A stretch of DNA of 64,000 nt, taken from Syncephalis fuscata S228 (taxonomy: Eukaryota; Fungi; Zoopagomycota). The notes under the pieces were generated by a model. It searched no databases. It worked only from the letters and a program-made list of their open reading frames with translations, and was not told the DNA's origin. Positions 22,599 to 35,697 of the stretch are shown piece after piece. The stretch's first letter is position 1. Each line of letters starts with the position of its first letter. The stretch is from contig JAHLTZ010000021.1 in assembly GCA_025786725.1 (NCBI GenBank), positions 372,001 to 436,000 of the forward strand, in the 5' to 3' direction. The translations under genes and the position numbers were made by a program.

Positions 22599-25500
22599 CT
22601 ACAATGCAATTGTGGGTATTTGACGTATTTCAACACTGTCCACTATGCCTTGACCTATACGCTGCATTTCTGCAGTTATTGCCATTATATTAGGCATAAC
22701 CTTGTTTGTCTATAATAATAATAATAATACAAATATATATATGTGTGTAAGCTATTGATGTTCAATGCTAATATATACCTACTTGAGATGGTTCAGTCGA
22801 GTAGCCAGTATTGACGCGAAGTGGCTTAGCGGTAAGCATGGGTCGACGCCATACAACACCAATGGCCGTACCGCCATAGCAATCATGGAAGAATAGGGCC
22901 AAATTACCAAAATGTTTTTGTAAATCTTGTAAATAGCATTCAATTGGATTAAATCCAACTGGAATGGCTTCGGCGTTATAATCAGCTTCAGATAAGGCTA
23001 GATTTTTAAATGTTTCTTCGTGACCGGTGGCCAAGTTTGCTTTTGTGGGATGAACACGTTCAAAGTAGCGTGGACAGCTAGTTGGTGCTAACTGTAACAA
23101 TACATCATAATCGGTAATAGGTGTAACAAAGACACGCTATAATAAAATAGTAGTTGATTAGTATGAATAGTAATTAAATGGCTATAATTTACCTTTAATT
23201 CATCTAGATTGCCGTCAAGTGCTCGGCTTAAACATCCATAAGAGGCTTTGGCCAATTGACGGATTCTTCCAACAACGACCGAGTCGATATCATTGGCTTG
23301 CCACCAGCTGCCTTTTAAATCTTTACTTGTAGCGATGACTATGCCTGTGGATTGTTCTTTATGGCTTGACTTTTCTTGGAATAAAGTTTGTATTTGTTCA
23401 CGTTGTTCAGCCGTCATGCTAACATCAATATCGCCATTGCTTATATCGACAATTAACGGTTCACGCTTCCACGACCATGTATGCAATAGACGCAATACAC
23501 GGGCAAATCCAGTTTGACCTGTACCCGGTATAGACCATGGAGCCGAATCGGCAAATACCGATGCACATAACAATTCGACCGTTTGTTCGGCCACTTGTAC
23601 ACCTAGTAGCATATGGGCGGCAAACCATCGCTTCGTTAAACGCATCGTATCGGAAAAGGCAGGATAACGTTGATTAAGTGCTTGCAACTGTAAGGCATGC
23701 GAAGGAAAATGCGTGTACAGTCGCTCGTACCGATTCAATGCTTCAACGTACAGATCGCGTTGAATAGACAGCGTATCTTTCTCGTCGATCAGTTTGCGTA
23801 GCATATATACTTCGGGTGTATGCTCAATACGGCAACGGAATACAAATCCAGTGGGTGTGTAGATATCGATATAGCCAAGAGAGGCAATCTCTTTCTCACA
23901 ATTAGATGCGGCAACCACGGCACGATAACCCGTTTTAAGTGAAAGTAGCTGTTCACGGATCTTTAAATAAAAAGCTGATTTCATATGCTGTACGGCAACA
24001 AGATCATCGGGCCAAGATCCAGATCGTTCGAATTGCAACACGACATCAATCGGCTCTAAGTAACGCGCCGTCTCCGGTAGGCGAGACCATCGTGTAAAGG
24101 TACGAGGCTGAGGCGGGAACAGTGTTGCATAGTAGAGAGCAGCACTCGCTGGTAATACAGTTGAAATATCCAGCGGTAAATCCGATAACGCTTTCAGCTC
24201 TTTTGATAGTTGATTAAAGGCCAGCATAACTGGTTGGAAGATCAGTGTTGGCTTTTCAATATCAAGTGCAGTAAGTGCACGAGCCAATGGACGTATCATT
24301 TCTGTCAATTGTGTACCTACAAAGCATACAGCCTTGTTGCTAGGCGCTGTCATCGTACCTAGTGTTATGTGTACACCTAAATGTCGCTGGATAAGCCAAA
24401 GAGCCATATCACGTACAATTAAGCTGCGGTCGTCATTCTGCCATACAACACTTTCGACAATACTGCCATCTTTAAATCGACGCAATTCAGCTTTATCGCC
24501 CCAAAGATGACGGAAAGCTTCAGCGGCCACTTTATCTTCTGGCGATGGACCTTTATCGACTTGACGGGCAACATTCTCTGGATTAACCATAATACCAACA
24601 AATAATGCATTTTGTTTACGATCAATATAGGCAGGCTCTTGATTGATCTTCCATGGCTTAATAACGTCGTAGCTGCAAGTGACTAATCGAATACGATCGG
24701 TTAATCCACGGCGTAATAGATCGCCAATATGACGTGCTACACGCTCTCCACGGATAATTCTATCCATTTTATTGACGGCCACATCAGGATGATCAACACT
24801 GGCTAGTGGAACACTAAATACAAATAAGATACAGACAATAACTAAACAATGTCTACTTACCGAATACAATAATCATATTGAACACGTGGGTCATTCACTT
24901 GACATAGAAATAGCGGCGCAAATGTATCCTTATTAGGATCAGAGAAGCAGGTCATAGCAATACGTGCTTCATATTGTAACTATATATAGATATATATGTT
25001 AATAAACAAATGATATAAATTATAATATTGAAACTTGCCTGCTCTAATTCGGTCATTGAAAGACCAGCGGCAAGATTAAGTTGATTTAATGGATCAACAA
25101 TTGCCACATCATAATGACGAGAGAATTCAGTAGCCGTAAACTATAGATAATAACATAAGTAAAACGGCTTAATCGCTTATATTACTTACTTCTCCATCTA
25201 TGGGTGCTTGTCCCATAAAAATGGGATTTTTAATAAAATCGTGTGTAGCTATTACAATTAATGTCATTAATAAATATTGTGCCATAATTAATCATATATA
25301 TATTTACCAATAAAATCCATAGTGCCTTTAAATAGTTGATATGAGCTAAAACCAGGTGCTAGTTTTGACTTGCCACTACCATTACGTAATAAATGGGCAG
25401 TAATCATTGACCATAGAAATCCATTAAATACACGGCCATCCTGTCCAAATCCACGTTGATGTAGCCATACACGGGCCAGTGTACATGCATCAATGAATCC

Positions 25501-26770
25501 AGGACATGATTTTGTTTGCGCATAAAGATAGGCTAGATGCTCTTTAAATAAAGTATCGGCGAGTAATGAAGCATTGTAACGTGGTGTGGCCAGAGCCAAC
25601 TCATCGGCTGAGCCACCGACAGACTGTGGTCGTACACAGTTACGTCCTGGCGCCAGTTTACGTGAAGGGAAGGTGGTATCGGCAATAGAAGGGAATATGC
25701 GTATACGGCAATTCATAGCAGAAAAGTCAGTATCGCCACCTTTGCCATTGCCGGTTAATACAAGAATGGGTCGACGTGGATCATTTTGAATATACGTATA
25801 CGACAGGTGAACGGCCAATTCAGTCGAGGCCCGTTTAAATGCTGCGGCCATTTCGGCAAGATAGTGGGCACGTTTATGGAAATACCGATAATTGAGTATA
25901 TCTTTTTCGGTAAATAAATCCTACTTAATCATTAATATGTGGAAATATTTGGTAGGTAGTGCATTAAAGTTACCTTGGGCATCTCAATGGCCACATCGAC
26001 ATTGAACCCGTCACGGCCGGTAGTTACTGCTTTGATAGCATAACTGCCTACCAAATGAATAGCTGCTGGTCTTTGCCAGGCAAATGTATACTGAATGCCT
26101 TCTCCAGGTTTTGGTTCTGGAAATGGAATCTTGACGTTGTCTCGATCAAGACGACGTGTTGCATCCTCTAACTAGTAAATAGCAATTATGATTAATATAC
26201 ATATACCTACACTTTAGTAGTGGTAATTATACTTACGGTATAGCCATCATGTTCCAATGCACTATCTAGAATTGTTTTAATACGACGTAATGCTTTTTCG
26301 AGTGGATCCAATTGTTTATAATTAATACGGACTTCGCTTAACATTTCATCAATCTATTATAAATTTAATGTCTTGTTATTTTGTATAATAAAGCTATTTA
26401 CCTGTAGCTTAAACACATTTGATTTAAACAACTCCACAGTATCTTGTAATGCTTGGATTTCCTCGTTGGTGGGTGCTTTTGTAGTTGTTTGGTTTGTTGC
26501 TGACACATTCTCATCGTCTGTTATTACATCCTCCATATCATCGTCTATATCAGAATCTGCTTCATCGCCACTATTGGCGTCACTCATACTAGCGGCTGAA
26601 TCGCTTTCATAAGTTGGGGCCTTGGTCATTAAGTCTTCTCCATCATCACTAATATAATTATCATCACTATCGTCTACCATTGTCGTAACTTCAGAAGTAA
26701 CCTTCTTCTTCAGTGTTTCCTTCACCGAAATACGCTCTGTTTGTACTTTACGCTTCATATTAATCGGCAT
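22599..26770 (-). CDS. UTP22: U3 snoRNA-associated protein Utp22/NOL6 (Nrap), multi-exon
   Basis: ELFKSNVFKLQ, IHLVGSY, KDILNYRYFHKRAHYLA, FRHLWGDKAELRRFKDGSIVES, FERSGSWPDDL; terminal exon VMPNIMAITAEMQRIGQGIV. Alternative start at 26758. Confidence 0.93.
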
Positions 26771-27706
26771 TCTGCAAAACACGAAAAAGATGGAATTGAC
26801 AAAAAAAAAGAAAAATTAACTCAATGTAAATTAATAAAAATGATTTGAAACGATCGGATTTAAATCACAATTTATTTGCCTGTTCTGCGTTCCAATTTGA
26901 TCAATTTACTTTATCTAATACACAGCTTTACACCCCAGTGATGTGTCTGCTAATGTATATAATTGGTATACAAACTTATAGTAAAGTCATTTTTTCCATC
27001 TTATCGTTTATGCATTTGCAGTATTTTTTGACTTTCTAAATAGTAATGGAAGATTTGAGCGTAATTACTACGTATAACAATCGATGCTTATTACTCTATG
27101 TATTTACGTGTAATTGTTTGAATACTCGTAAAACCAAACGCATTGCACTCTCTTCTGTTTGTCCTAAAATATTACAGTCTTATATTCTGTCGTCAGTCAC
27201 TACTTTTACGTATCGTGATAACTTAGACAATAAAAATATATAAAGGTAGATAAAACAGTAAATAATTAAAAATAAAATACTGTTTATTTATTTAATAAAA
27301 TATACTGGTTTATATATAAGCGAATTACTTAGTTAATAACAATAACAATAATAGCAATAGTATGTGATGACAATGACAATGATGATATAAATTTTCATAG
27401 CTTCATGTGCTAATTCATATAATCTACCATACTATTGTCTATATATTAATTCATATGATCATTTATATGGTGGATATTTATGATAAAATGCAAATAATGG
27501 TAAATTATTACCAGTTAGTAAATACGTGATATGCATATGATCAGGCAATTTTTCAAAGTCCGATATATTCTATTTTTGGTAATTCATAAATGATCGTCGT
27601 CATCTACAATGGAATGGCCCTTTGCTTTTCTTTCTCGTAGCATATCCACCTTTGAGCATTTTATCTGCATCATTTATCACTAGCATTTCATACTCTTGCA
27701 TTCAGC

Positions 27707-28516
27707 ATGCTTCCTTATATTGTCTGTATATTATTGGCATTGGCCACTTTTGGCGCTAAAGGACAAACGGCTCCTAAAGACGCTGAACAAAAAACGGCTA
27801 CTCTTAGCGTGGGGCCCCATGGTCTATATGGAGGCTGCTTAGATGAAGTTTACAAATACGCAGCCTACAACTACACCACTACTGTAGGATTTCCTCAGGC
27901 TATTTATCTTGTGACAAAAGAAGTTTATGGATACGCTGTTAATCGTCGATTCCAAGATGCAAATACGCCATTTAGCATTCAATCCGAGCGTCTCAGTTCT
28001 TGCGTAGGTCTTCCAGGCCGTGCCATTAAAAACTGTAGGATTGGTAATTCGAACCCAGTAGCGATTGTCAATACCACACAACCTTTATGCTTTTTGGTGG
28101 ACAATACAGCGTCCAATATGCCAGCTGAAGGTTCGATAGTTTACATATTCAAAGAAATCATAAAGCCAACAGCCAGTAATAGCAATAATAGCAATAATAG
28201 CAATAACAATAACAATGATAAGAACTCCAGCACTACATCAAAGCCAACATCTACATCCACTTCTAGTTCCTCGCCTTCTTCCACTGCGACCAATAGCAAA
28301 GCCAAGGCACAGACAGACGAAAATTCGCATCCAGCACCATTGTCATCTAACACCGAGGTCACCGAAGACGGCAACATGAAAGCAAGCGGCAACGGCTCTT
28401 CTTCGGCTGCTCATGGACTACTTCAGCTGTCTAGCCAAACTATTTATAGTCAATGGCTTTGGCTGACCGCCCTATCCTTTAGTTCGGTTACAATTTTGTT
28501 TATAAATGCTATATAA
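27707..28516 (+). CDS. Secreted, probably GPI-anchored Ser/Thr/Asn-rich protein of unknown function (269 aa, intronless)
   Basis: Signal peptide MLPYIVCILLALATFGAKG; ~125-aa domain with 4 Cys; N/S/T-rich stalk; small-residue omega region and hydrophobic C-terminal tail. Confidence 0.75.
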   Translation: MLPYIVCILLALATFGAKGQTAPKDAEQKTATLSVGPHGLYGGCLDEVYKYAAYNYTTTVGFPQAIYLVTKEVYGYAVNRRFQDANTPFSIQSERLSSCVGLPGRAIKNCRIGNSNPVAIVNTTQPLCFLVDNTASNMPAEGSIVYIFKEIIKPTASNSNNSNNSNNNNNDKNSSTTSKPTSTSTSSSSPSSTATNSKAKAQTDENSHPAPLSSNTEVTEDGNMKASGNGSSSAAHGLLQLSSQTIYSQWLWLTALSFSSVTILFINAI

Positions 28517-29094
28517 CGCAATATTAAATAAATACTGTAGATAAACTTAAATTATTTAAAGTGGATTGCAATAGAAATTACTAATCAAATATAGTTTTTA
28601 TTTATAAACAAATGGCAAGAGATTTGAAAAATCAAACATCGGTATAAACAAGAAACAAAATACATGCTTAAAGCAATCGGCAATAAGTCTGAAATTTATT
28701 TAGCTGAGATTTTAAAACACCCTGAGCTTACTCGTCAAGCTCTTAATAAACCTTAATACTGTTACTGAGCCATTTATTTATTAAAATGCACTATTTTATT
28801 ACATTCTTTTAATTACCTACTACTGTTCATTGTATAAAATATTCCTACATAAAATGCAGTTATGTTTGGCTGATTTATCAAATCGATCAGTTACATTGAA
28901 ATAGACATCACACTGCTGTACATTGTTCAATCGTTTTAACCTTTTGTTTAATTCAAAACAATTTGTATAAACATCAAAATTAATAGATGCTATCGTTTAA
29001 AGACTACAATATTGATATTTATATTTTTACCAATAGGTATTAAGTGTAAAAGCTAAAGATTAATAATAATAATAATAATAATAATAGTAATTGA

Positions 29095-31401
29095 TTATCT
29101 ATTACGAGATGTAAGTTTTAATTGCTGCAGTTCTCGTGAAAGTGCGTGTGCTTCATCATGTAACTATTTCGCGTTGTTAGTGAATTAGATGCAATAATAC
29201 AAAGCAGCCAGCTACAACTTGCCATAGAGTCCAAATTTATAAGTTTAGTGACATATATTATAGCTTGTTGATATCTTTTACGCTCCTTTTCGTAAACGGC
29301 TAATGTATAATAAGCTTGAGCGGCCAAATCCACACTCTAATCATATGTATAATTAATGGCCTGTATAATAACTTTAATTAATTGACTTACCAACTGAGCT
29401 ACATCATCTTCATCTTCTACCATTAATTTATAGTACATAATTACTTCATCTTGCTTATTCTGTTTTTTGTGCAAGGCAGCCAGTTTAGACAGCGTTTCTC
29501 CTTTATCTGTCTCGTAGAGCATTGCTCGTGATAGCATTTTATTGCTGCATTGTCCTCTCCCATGCTTTCATAGCAAGTAGCTTGGCCTTTCCACATACGT
29601 GCATCAAATGGCCTACAATAATGTAAATAAAAAGCACTTACACACAAATTATTACTACCTTACTGCAGTAGCTCGTTGAAAATAAGCAATGGAATAGTGA
29701 AATAGCCGCAACATTTCGTAGGCATGGCCCAATGCAAATAGCGCACGATAATCGTAATTGTTAATATCTAAATGCTACTATTAGAATAATTGAATACAGA
29801 CAGCACTTTGTATATTTACCAACAGCACGGCGATATGCTTCAATAGCTGCATGCATATTTCCTAGTTCAAGATATTCATGTCCCATCAATGTCCATGCGG
29901 CCAAATAGTGTCGATTTAGCTTTAATGCACGTCGATAATAGGAAATAGCCTTTTCGTGATCCTGACGTAACCCATAATAATTTCCTAAATGAATTACGAT
30001 AATTAACAACTACTGTATTTATTATAGTCACTTCATAACACTCACCAAGCACTAAACAAGTCTCAGGACGGTATTTGTCCACTTCTTCACATTCACGCGC
30101 CAATACACTTAATTTGACCGCATTCCTATTAACAAATAAAACGTGAGAGAAAGTGTCCATTTGCTCGAGTTGGTAAGGATCCTGACGACGAATATCGTCA
30201 AAGTGAGTCTCTGCCAGTGTAAAGTCTATAAGAATACATACGTGTTACTACCATCCACTATAATCAACACACCATCCATTAAGCTTTCTAACCTTGAAGT
30301 CTATATGCCTCAGATACATATAATCCTTTAATAAATCGACTAGTTGGAAATATTTGTTCTATTTTTGGTACAGTTTTCTCCATAACCTCAAAATATGCAA
30401 ACTTTTCAATTGCTAAATAGCATTGAAATGCTGTTCTTGTAAAATGATCCGACAAACGAGCCAATGTTACATTGGCCTAATTAACACATAATAAATAATC
30501 GACTATAATCCAAGTAGTACGTAGTGATGACCTACTTTATCAAATGTATCGAAACACTCGCCCAATTCCAACCACGCACTCCAGTTAATTGGGTAACGCG
30601 TCAATGAACGTACTAATGCTTCTAATGCTTCGTCATTACGTTGTTGTTGACGTAACACAAATCCAAATCTAATATATATGTATATATCAGTTATTATTCA
30701 TCATATATAAATCTAATAATTACAAGTAACAATTGAATCCATCCAATTCATCACGATTAAACAATGGTTCAAGTTCTTTAATAATATCTGGTAACTCGGT
30801 ATTAACTCGTTCTTCTGAATTATCTGATCCTATTTCAATAGTAGTTAATGTACTTTGTAGTTAACGTATTCACTAATAATCCTACCAAATACATCCATAC
30901 ATATGTCTTGCACCTCTTTTTCGCCCATCTAAACACTAATGAATATATCTATACTAATTATATTAATCTACTTGTCTTACTAGATATTGTGAATACAATC
31001 GAAGAAATAGTGACTTTTGGTCGGTACACTCTTTAAGTAAATGAGCACATCGGCGATATTCTTTACAATCAAAATAAATACGCGCTAGACGTAATTGATC
31101 TGGATCATTTACTCGTTCTTGATATACATCTGATAGTGAAGTTGAATCTTTTTTCTTATACGCTTTGGCTGCTTGTTCGCGCTTTACTGTATCTTCTTTT
31201 GATAAAGGCTCTTTTAATGTCATACCCATAAGCATTTCAGCTGCCCTAAATTAATAACAAATAGTTTAGACTCGTCAGTATGACCATTGTATAATAAGCC
31301 ATATATATATATATTCTATCCTACCACTGACTGGCCTTGGTTAAGCCTCTTTCCTGGCAACTAAGTACTGCTTCTTGCAGTTGAAGTCGAATGTTGTCCA
31401 T
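29095..31401 (-). CDS. CDC23: APC/C subunit Cdc23/Apc8 (TPR), multi-exon
   Basis: [101 protein letters not shown]. Last intron is GC-AG (29164-29222). Confidence 0.93.
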
Positions 31402-31555
31402 GATAGACACGATCGCGTTTTAACAATGATAAGATGCAACAAATGAGTTGACGTGTTTTTCCATTTGATTTGTTTTTCTATCCATTTATTGTTTATTATA
31501 CAATATTTACTTTCTTGGCCTCGCTATTTGCTTATTGTCATTAACATTATACAGA

Positions 31556-32522
31556 ATGACCGAAGAGAATCCCTTTTCAGAAACTACTGATGCGACTATT
31601 CAACTTGAAGGAGATCGTATGTCAAGATTACGAGAGGCAGTATATACAGCATTGACTCGAGCACTTAAAAACTGTAGGTAAGTATTATTACGTAGCATAT
31701 ATGTATATAGTATATAGAGTATATATGTAGTATACATGCATATATTGGCGGGTTAGAGCATAGTAAATACCGTGTTACCATTTGAGTAATAACGATCTAA
31801 ATAGCGATCAACATGTTGAAAAGTGTTTTCCGCAGTTGAAGCGGGATGTACCGCAAGAACTTACTGAAGCAACTCAGAGGTTACGACAACATTTAGAACA
31901 GAAAATGATGGTAAGTAATAACTAGATAAAAGCCATTTAAACATGTACTCTTTATTTCTTTATTATTAAATAATGAATACACTTTAATACAATACATATA
32001 TATATATATATATTATATACTATTAAATATTATAGGAGGAATTTGATAAAATTGTAAAGAATCGCGATTTAGTACACAAATTAAATGAACTCGATACGGT
32101 CATTGATGAAGCAAAAGAACGCGAAAGTACAGGTGCACCTCATCCACAACTACCAATACACTCGTCTACTGACATGCTAGCCATAAGAACTGCACCAGTT
32201 ATGAAGCAAGAATTGAATCGATTAGAGGCAATTGTTACAACGGTAATCCATCTATTTATTATCTATTATACCACTATAATAATCTATACCATAGACACAA
32301 AGTGAAAACGATATTATATTAAATGAATATAAAGAAAAGCGTAAAAAGATGGAAGAATGTCTTCAACAGTTACAATCAAATGTTGGATCCATTGTCAAGG
32401 TAAGTAGTAACTATATTACTAATAACAGTTAATATACGTTTATACTAATTATAATATAGATATCGGAACAGTTGGAGAACATGGAATATCCAATACTAAC
32501 AGATATGTTGAAACAAGTTTAA
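31556..32522 (+). CDS. NNF1: Kinetochore MIND/Mis12 complex subunit Nnf1/PMF1, 5 exons, absent from the ORF track
   Basis: Spliced product ...RMSRLREAVYTALTRALKNCSDQHVEKCFPQL...EEFDKIVKNRDLVHKLNELDTVIDEAKER..., the Nnf1 signature, followed by coiled coil. Confidence 0.8.
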
Positions 32523-32612
32523 ACATTATAATGGTTTATTGTAACAATGTACGGCATTATCCTCTTCTCCTAATTGACTTGTAAATAATCTGTGTTATTA
32601 GCATGGCTATCA

Positions 32613-32775
32613 TTATTTTCTACTATTACTACTATGAGTTGATCGTGAGAAACGCATAAAAGATCCCTCTTCTCCATCGTCATCGTCATCGTCACTTTGG
32701 CGACGCAAAGAAGCGTTTGACCGAGTTTTACGCGGTTTCTGCTACAATCATACCATATATTAATGATAACTATGT

Positions 32776-32810
<35 letters not shown>

Positions 32811-35505
32811 AAAGACAACTAACGTACTAAAGATGATGGTGGTGATCCCATACTATTTGAGTTATTAGATAGTCTATCCGATCTATATGAATAATAGTAA
32901 CAATAGTTTAGTATTTTAAATAGTATAATATAAATTAATTACCGAGATCTAGTTGAAATAACCGATATTTCACTTTCCATAGAATCACTTGTACGACGTG
33001 TTTTCTAATTATATAATCATAATCATAATCATAATAATTAGTAGTATATAATTAATACATTTCTATTATTTACTTTACTGTAACGCATTTGATCAATGGT
33101 TACAGATGATTCTCCACTTCGTTTATTACGACTATTAGTTGTTGTATTTCTTTTTGTTTCTTCTTTATAATTCTCATCATCATCATCATCAGATAACCAT
33201 ATCGCTTTCTTTTCATCCAACATATCATCATTATCATCGTTATCATTTAATAAGTGTACTTCATTAGTAGGTGACTCTATCTTGGGTATTGGATCAGTAC
33301 TTGTACTGGTTACAACATCAATTGTCTCCACTGTTGTTGTCACAGCTGATTGACGTGATGGATGTTGGTGTTCATATTTTAATGATTGCATCTTTTTCTC
33401 TTCTTCAGCCTATATGGATAGATGAGCGATGTACTATATAATATATAATGTTATTATAGCTATTTACCTTTGAAACTAGATCAGTTTCTGACATTACTGA
33501 TAATGAAGCCAGTGATGTTTGTGCTGCATTAAGCATTTCTTCAATGAATCTAATGATAATATGGTATGAATTGGAAATAGTATATTATACTGTATATCTA
33601 TATAACTTACTCTTTAATGGCATCTCGGTCATCTTTCTCAACAAATTGTCGTACTGCTCCGCCAAAAGCATTCTCTGGAAATACCGATAATAGCGTATCG
33701 TTTAACATCTCTTCTACTAAATCCTCAACTCTAAAGTTTTCCAACTTTTCCGGCATAATGGATTCTAATTGAACTCGGCGAGACTCTGACATCGTTCTAC
33801 GTTCTAGTACTTGTTGTTAGTCTATGGTGGATGTCTATACTATTGCTTACCCTGGGCATCGGCCCTAATAGTTCGTCGCCGATGAAATTGTAATATATCT
33901 TTGGGATTGGCCACACGATCTACAAATTGCTGTCCAAATCTTTGTGGATGGAATGCCGTATAACCTTCACTATAATCAACCTAAATACTAGGTTATAAAC
34001 TATTATACTAACTATATTATTGCACTACCTACACGTAAACGTATTAATGGTCGAGGACACTCATTATCCGTCAATTCATTTGATGAGTGTTGTGAGCGAT
34101 TATCTTTCCATTCAGTATGAGCCGTGTCAATCATTTTATTCACCTAAACAACATTAACATTTATAATAATAATAACACTTTAGTTAACTAGTTACCGTTT
34201 TTGTTAAATAATTCATAACGCCTTTTTCATCTGATGGTCGTAATCCACCAACATTTGATAGTATAACATCTTTAATTATAAATGGTCTCACTGTTTGTAG
34301 TGGTAATTTCTGCATTTTAAATCGCGTTCCTTTTATCTTTAGTAGACCAACAAATCTACATTACTATTAGTGTCGTTGTCAACTCTACTAATTTAGGCTT
34401 ACTTGCGCTTTGATTCACCTTCACTAAGTGATGTAGCCACTGAAGAACCCGGTTGAGATACGTAAAACTTTTGTATTTCATTAAAATCGGGATCAATTAA
34501 ACACTCATGTTCATGACCCCATACAACTAAATGAAATAGATCATCTAGAAATGCTTCAGGAATATAATTTGATGGTCCATGAGCCACTCTATTAATTACT
34601 GTCTATTAGTTCAATCCATTCTATCAATTAAGACTATCTAGTGTATTTACCTATTCTGATGGATCACCATAAGGTTAAACCATTCATCGGTATCTTCTCT
34701 GGGTCGAAGTACTCGCACTTTCCGTTTAACAAATGTACGGTAAAGTCGTTCATCACGATATTACCCAGGCCGTAGAGGGCAAGTCTAGTTGTTCCTTTAC
34801 GTAAAAGTAATGGACTGATTGAAATATCATCAATTTGACGTGCCCGTCCAAAATAATTACATAATCCCGATACTGATAATAGATCAAGGGCACACAAATT
34901 GCCATCCTATTCATTATGGCCATATGTATCGCTTAGTATTATGGCTTGTATTATAGATTTCTTAACCACTTACACCTGATGGATCATCATGATTACCATG
35001 GATTGAAAATACCGGCATTGATATATTATAGTTTGGATCTTGATAATTAACAGTGCCAAATCTATAGTCATATTTATTATTTAGTCATATCGTTATTTAC
35101 TCTATCCAATCACTTACTGATCGGGAAAGTTAACGGTAGGATCACTTTGAAAGTCAAGTGCACAGGGTCGATCGCCCATACAGTATTGGCGCAGTAGTGA
35201 CATTGTTTTATGTATACAGGAACGTGATGGTTTATTATCGTGGAATAAATCGCCTCCTAATAAAATCATATCCACTTCATGTTGCTGTGCCAGTCGTAGT
35301 ATTTCTTCAAAGGTACGAAATGAATCCTCTCCACGAACTGGGTCTTTTTCAAGATAGCCCAAATGATTATCGGTGGCCACTAGAATAGATACTGTATTTG
35401 ACGAGTTGGTATCGGCAGGGTCCACAGTATCTTGTGGTTTACTTTAACAAACAATACTCATTAGTATATATATATATATTATTGTTGTGTATCAACCTAC
35501 GTCAT
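32613..35505 (-). CDS. MRE11: Double-strand break repair nuclease Mre11, multi-exon, with one apparent 1-nt gap at ~34757
   Basis: Phosphoesterase motifs [52 protein letters not shown]; [11 protein letters not shown]; [13 protein letters not shown]-terminal exons are less certain. Confidence 0.93.
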
Positions 35506-35595
35506 TGTAAAAGTATAATCAATTAACCTCGAATAACTAGTCCACAAGTAAAAAGAACAAACAGTAACAATGATAGTAGTAATAAAGATATGAAT

Positions 35596-35601
35596 ACGCG
35601 T
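35596..35601. promoter_or_regulatory. MCB-like element ACGCGT in the 192-bp MRE11/NDUFAF7 divergent promoter
   Basis: Exact MluI cell-cycle box ~90 bp upstream of the MRE11 ATG, in otherwise CG-poor DNA. Confidence 0.4.
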
Positions 35602-35697
35602 AAAAGAGATTATTTTATTATAAATAGTTTTATTTAACTATTGGTCAAACTTTTGTTGGTTGTACTCACCATTACTCTTACCACCGCCTTATTCACT

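Noticed and set aside
24924-24932. GTATCCTTA on the + strand
   Set aside because: Antisense to a UTP22 exon, so not a splice site.
28700-28745. GCTGAGA...CCTGA resembling a TPP riboswitch core
   Set aside because: Lacks the remaining conserved stems and has no thiamine-related gene context.
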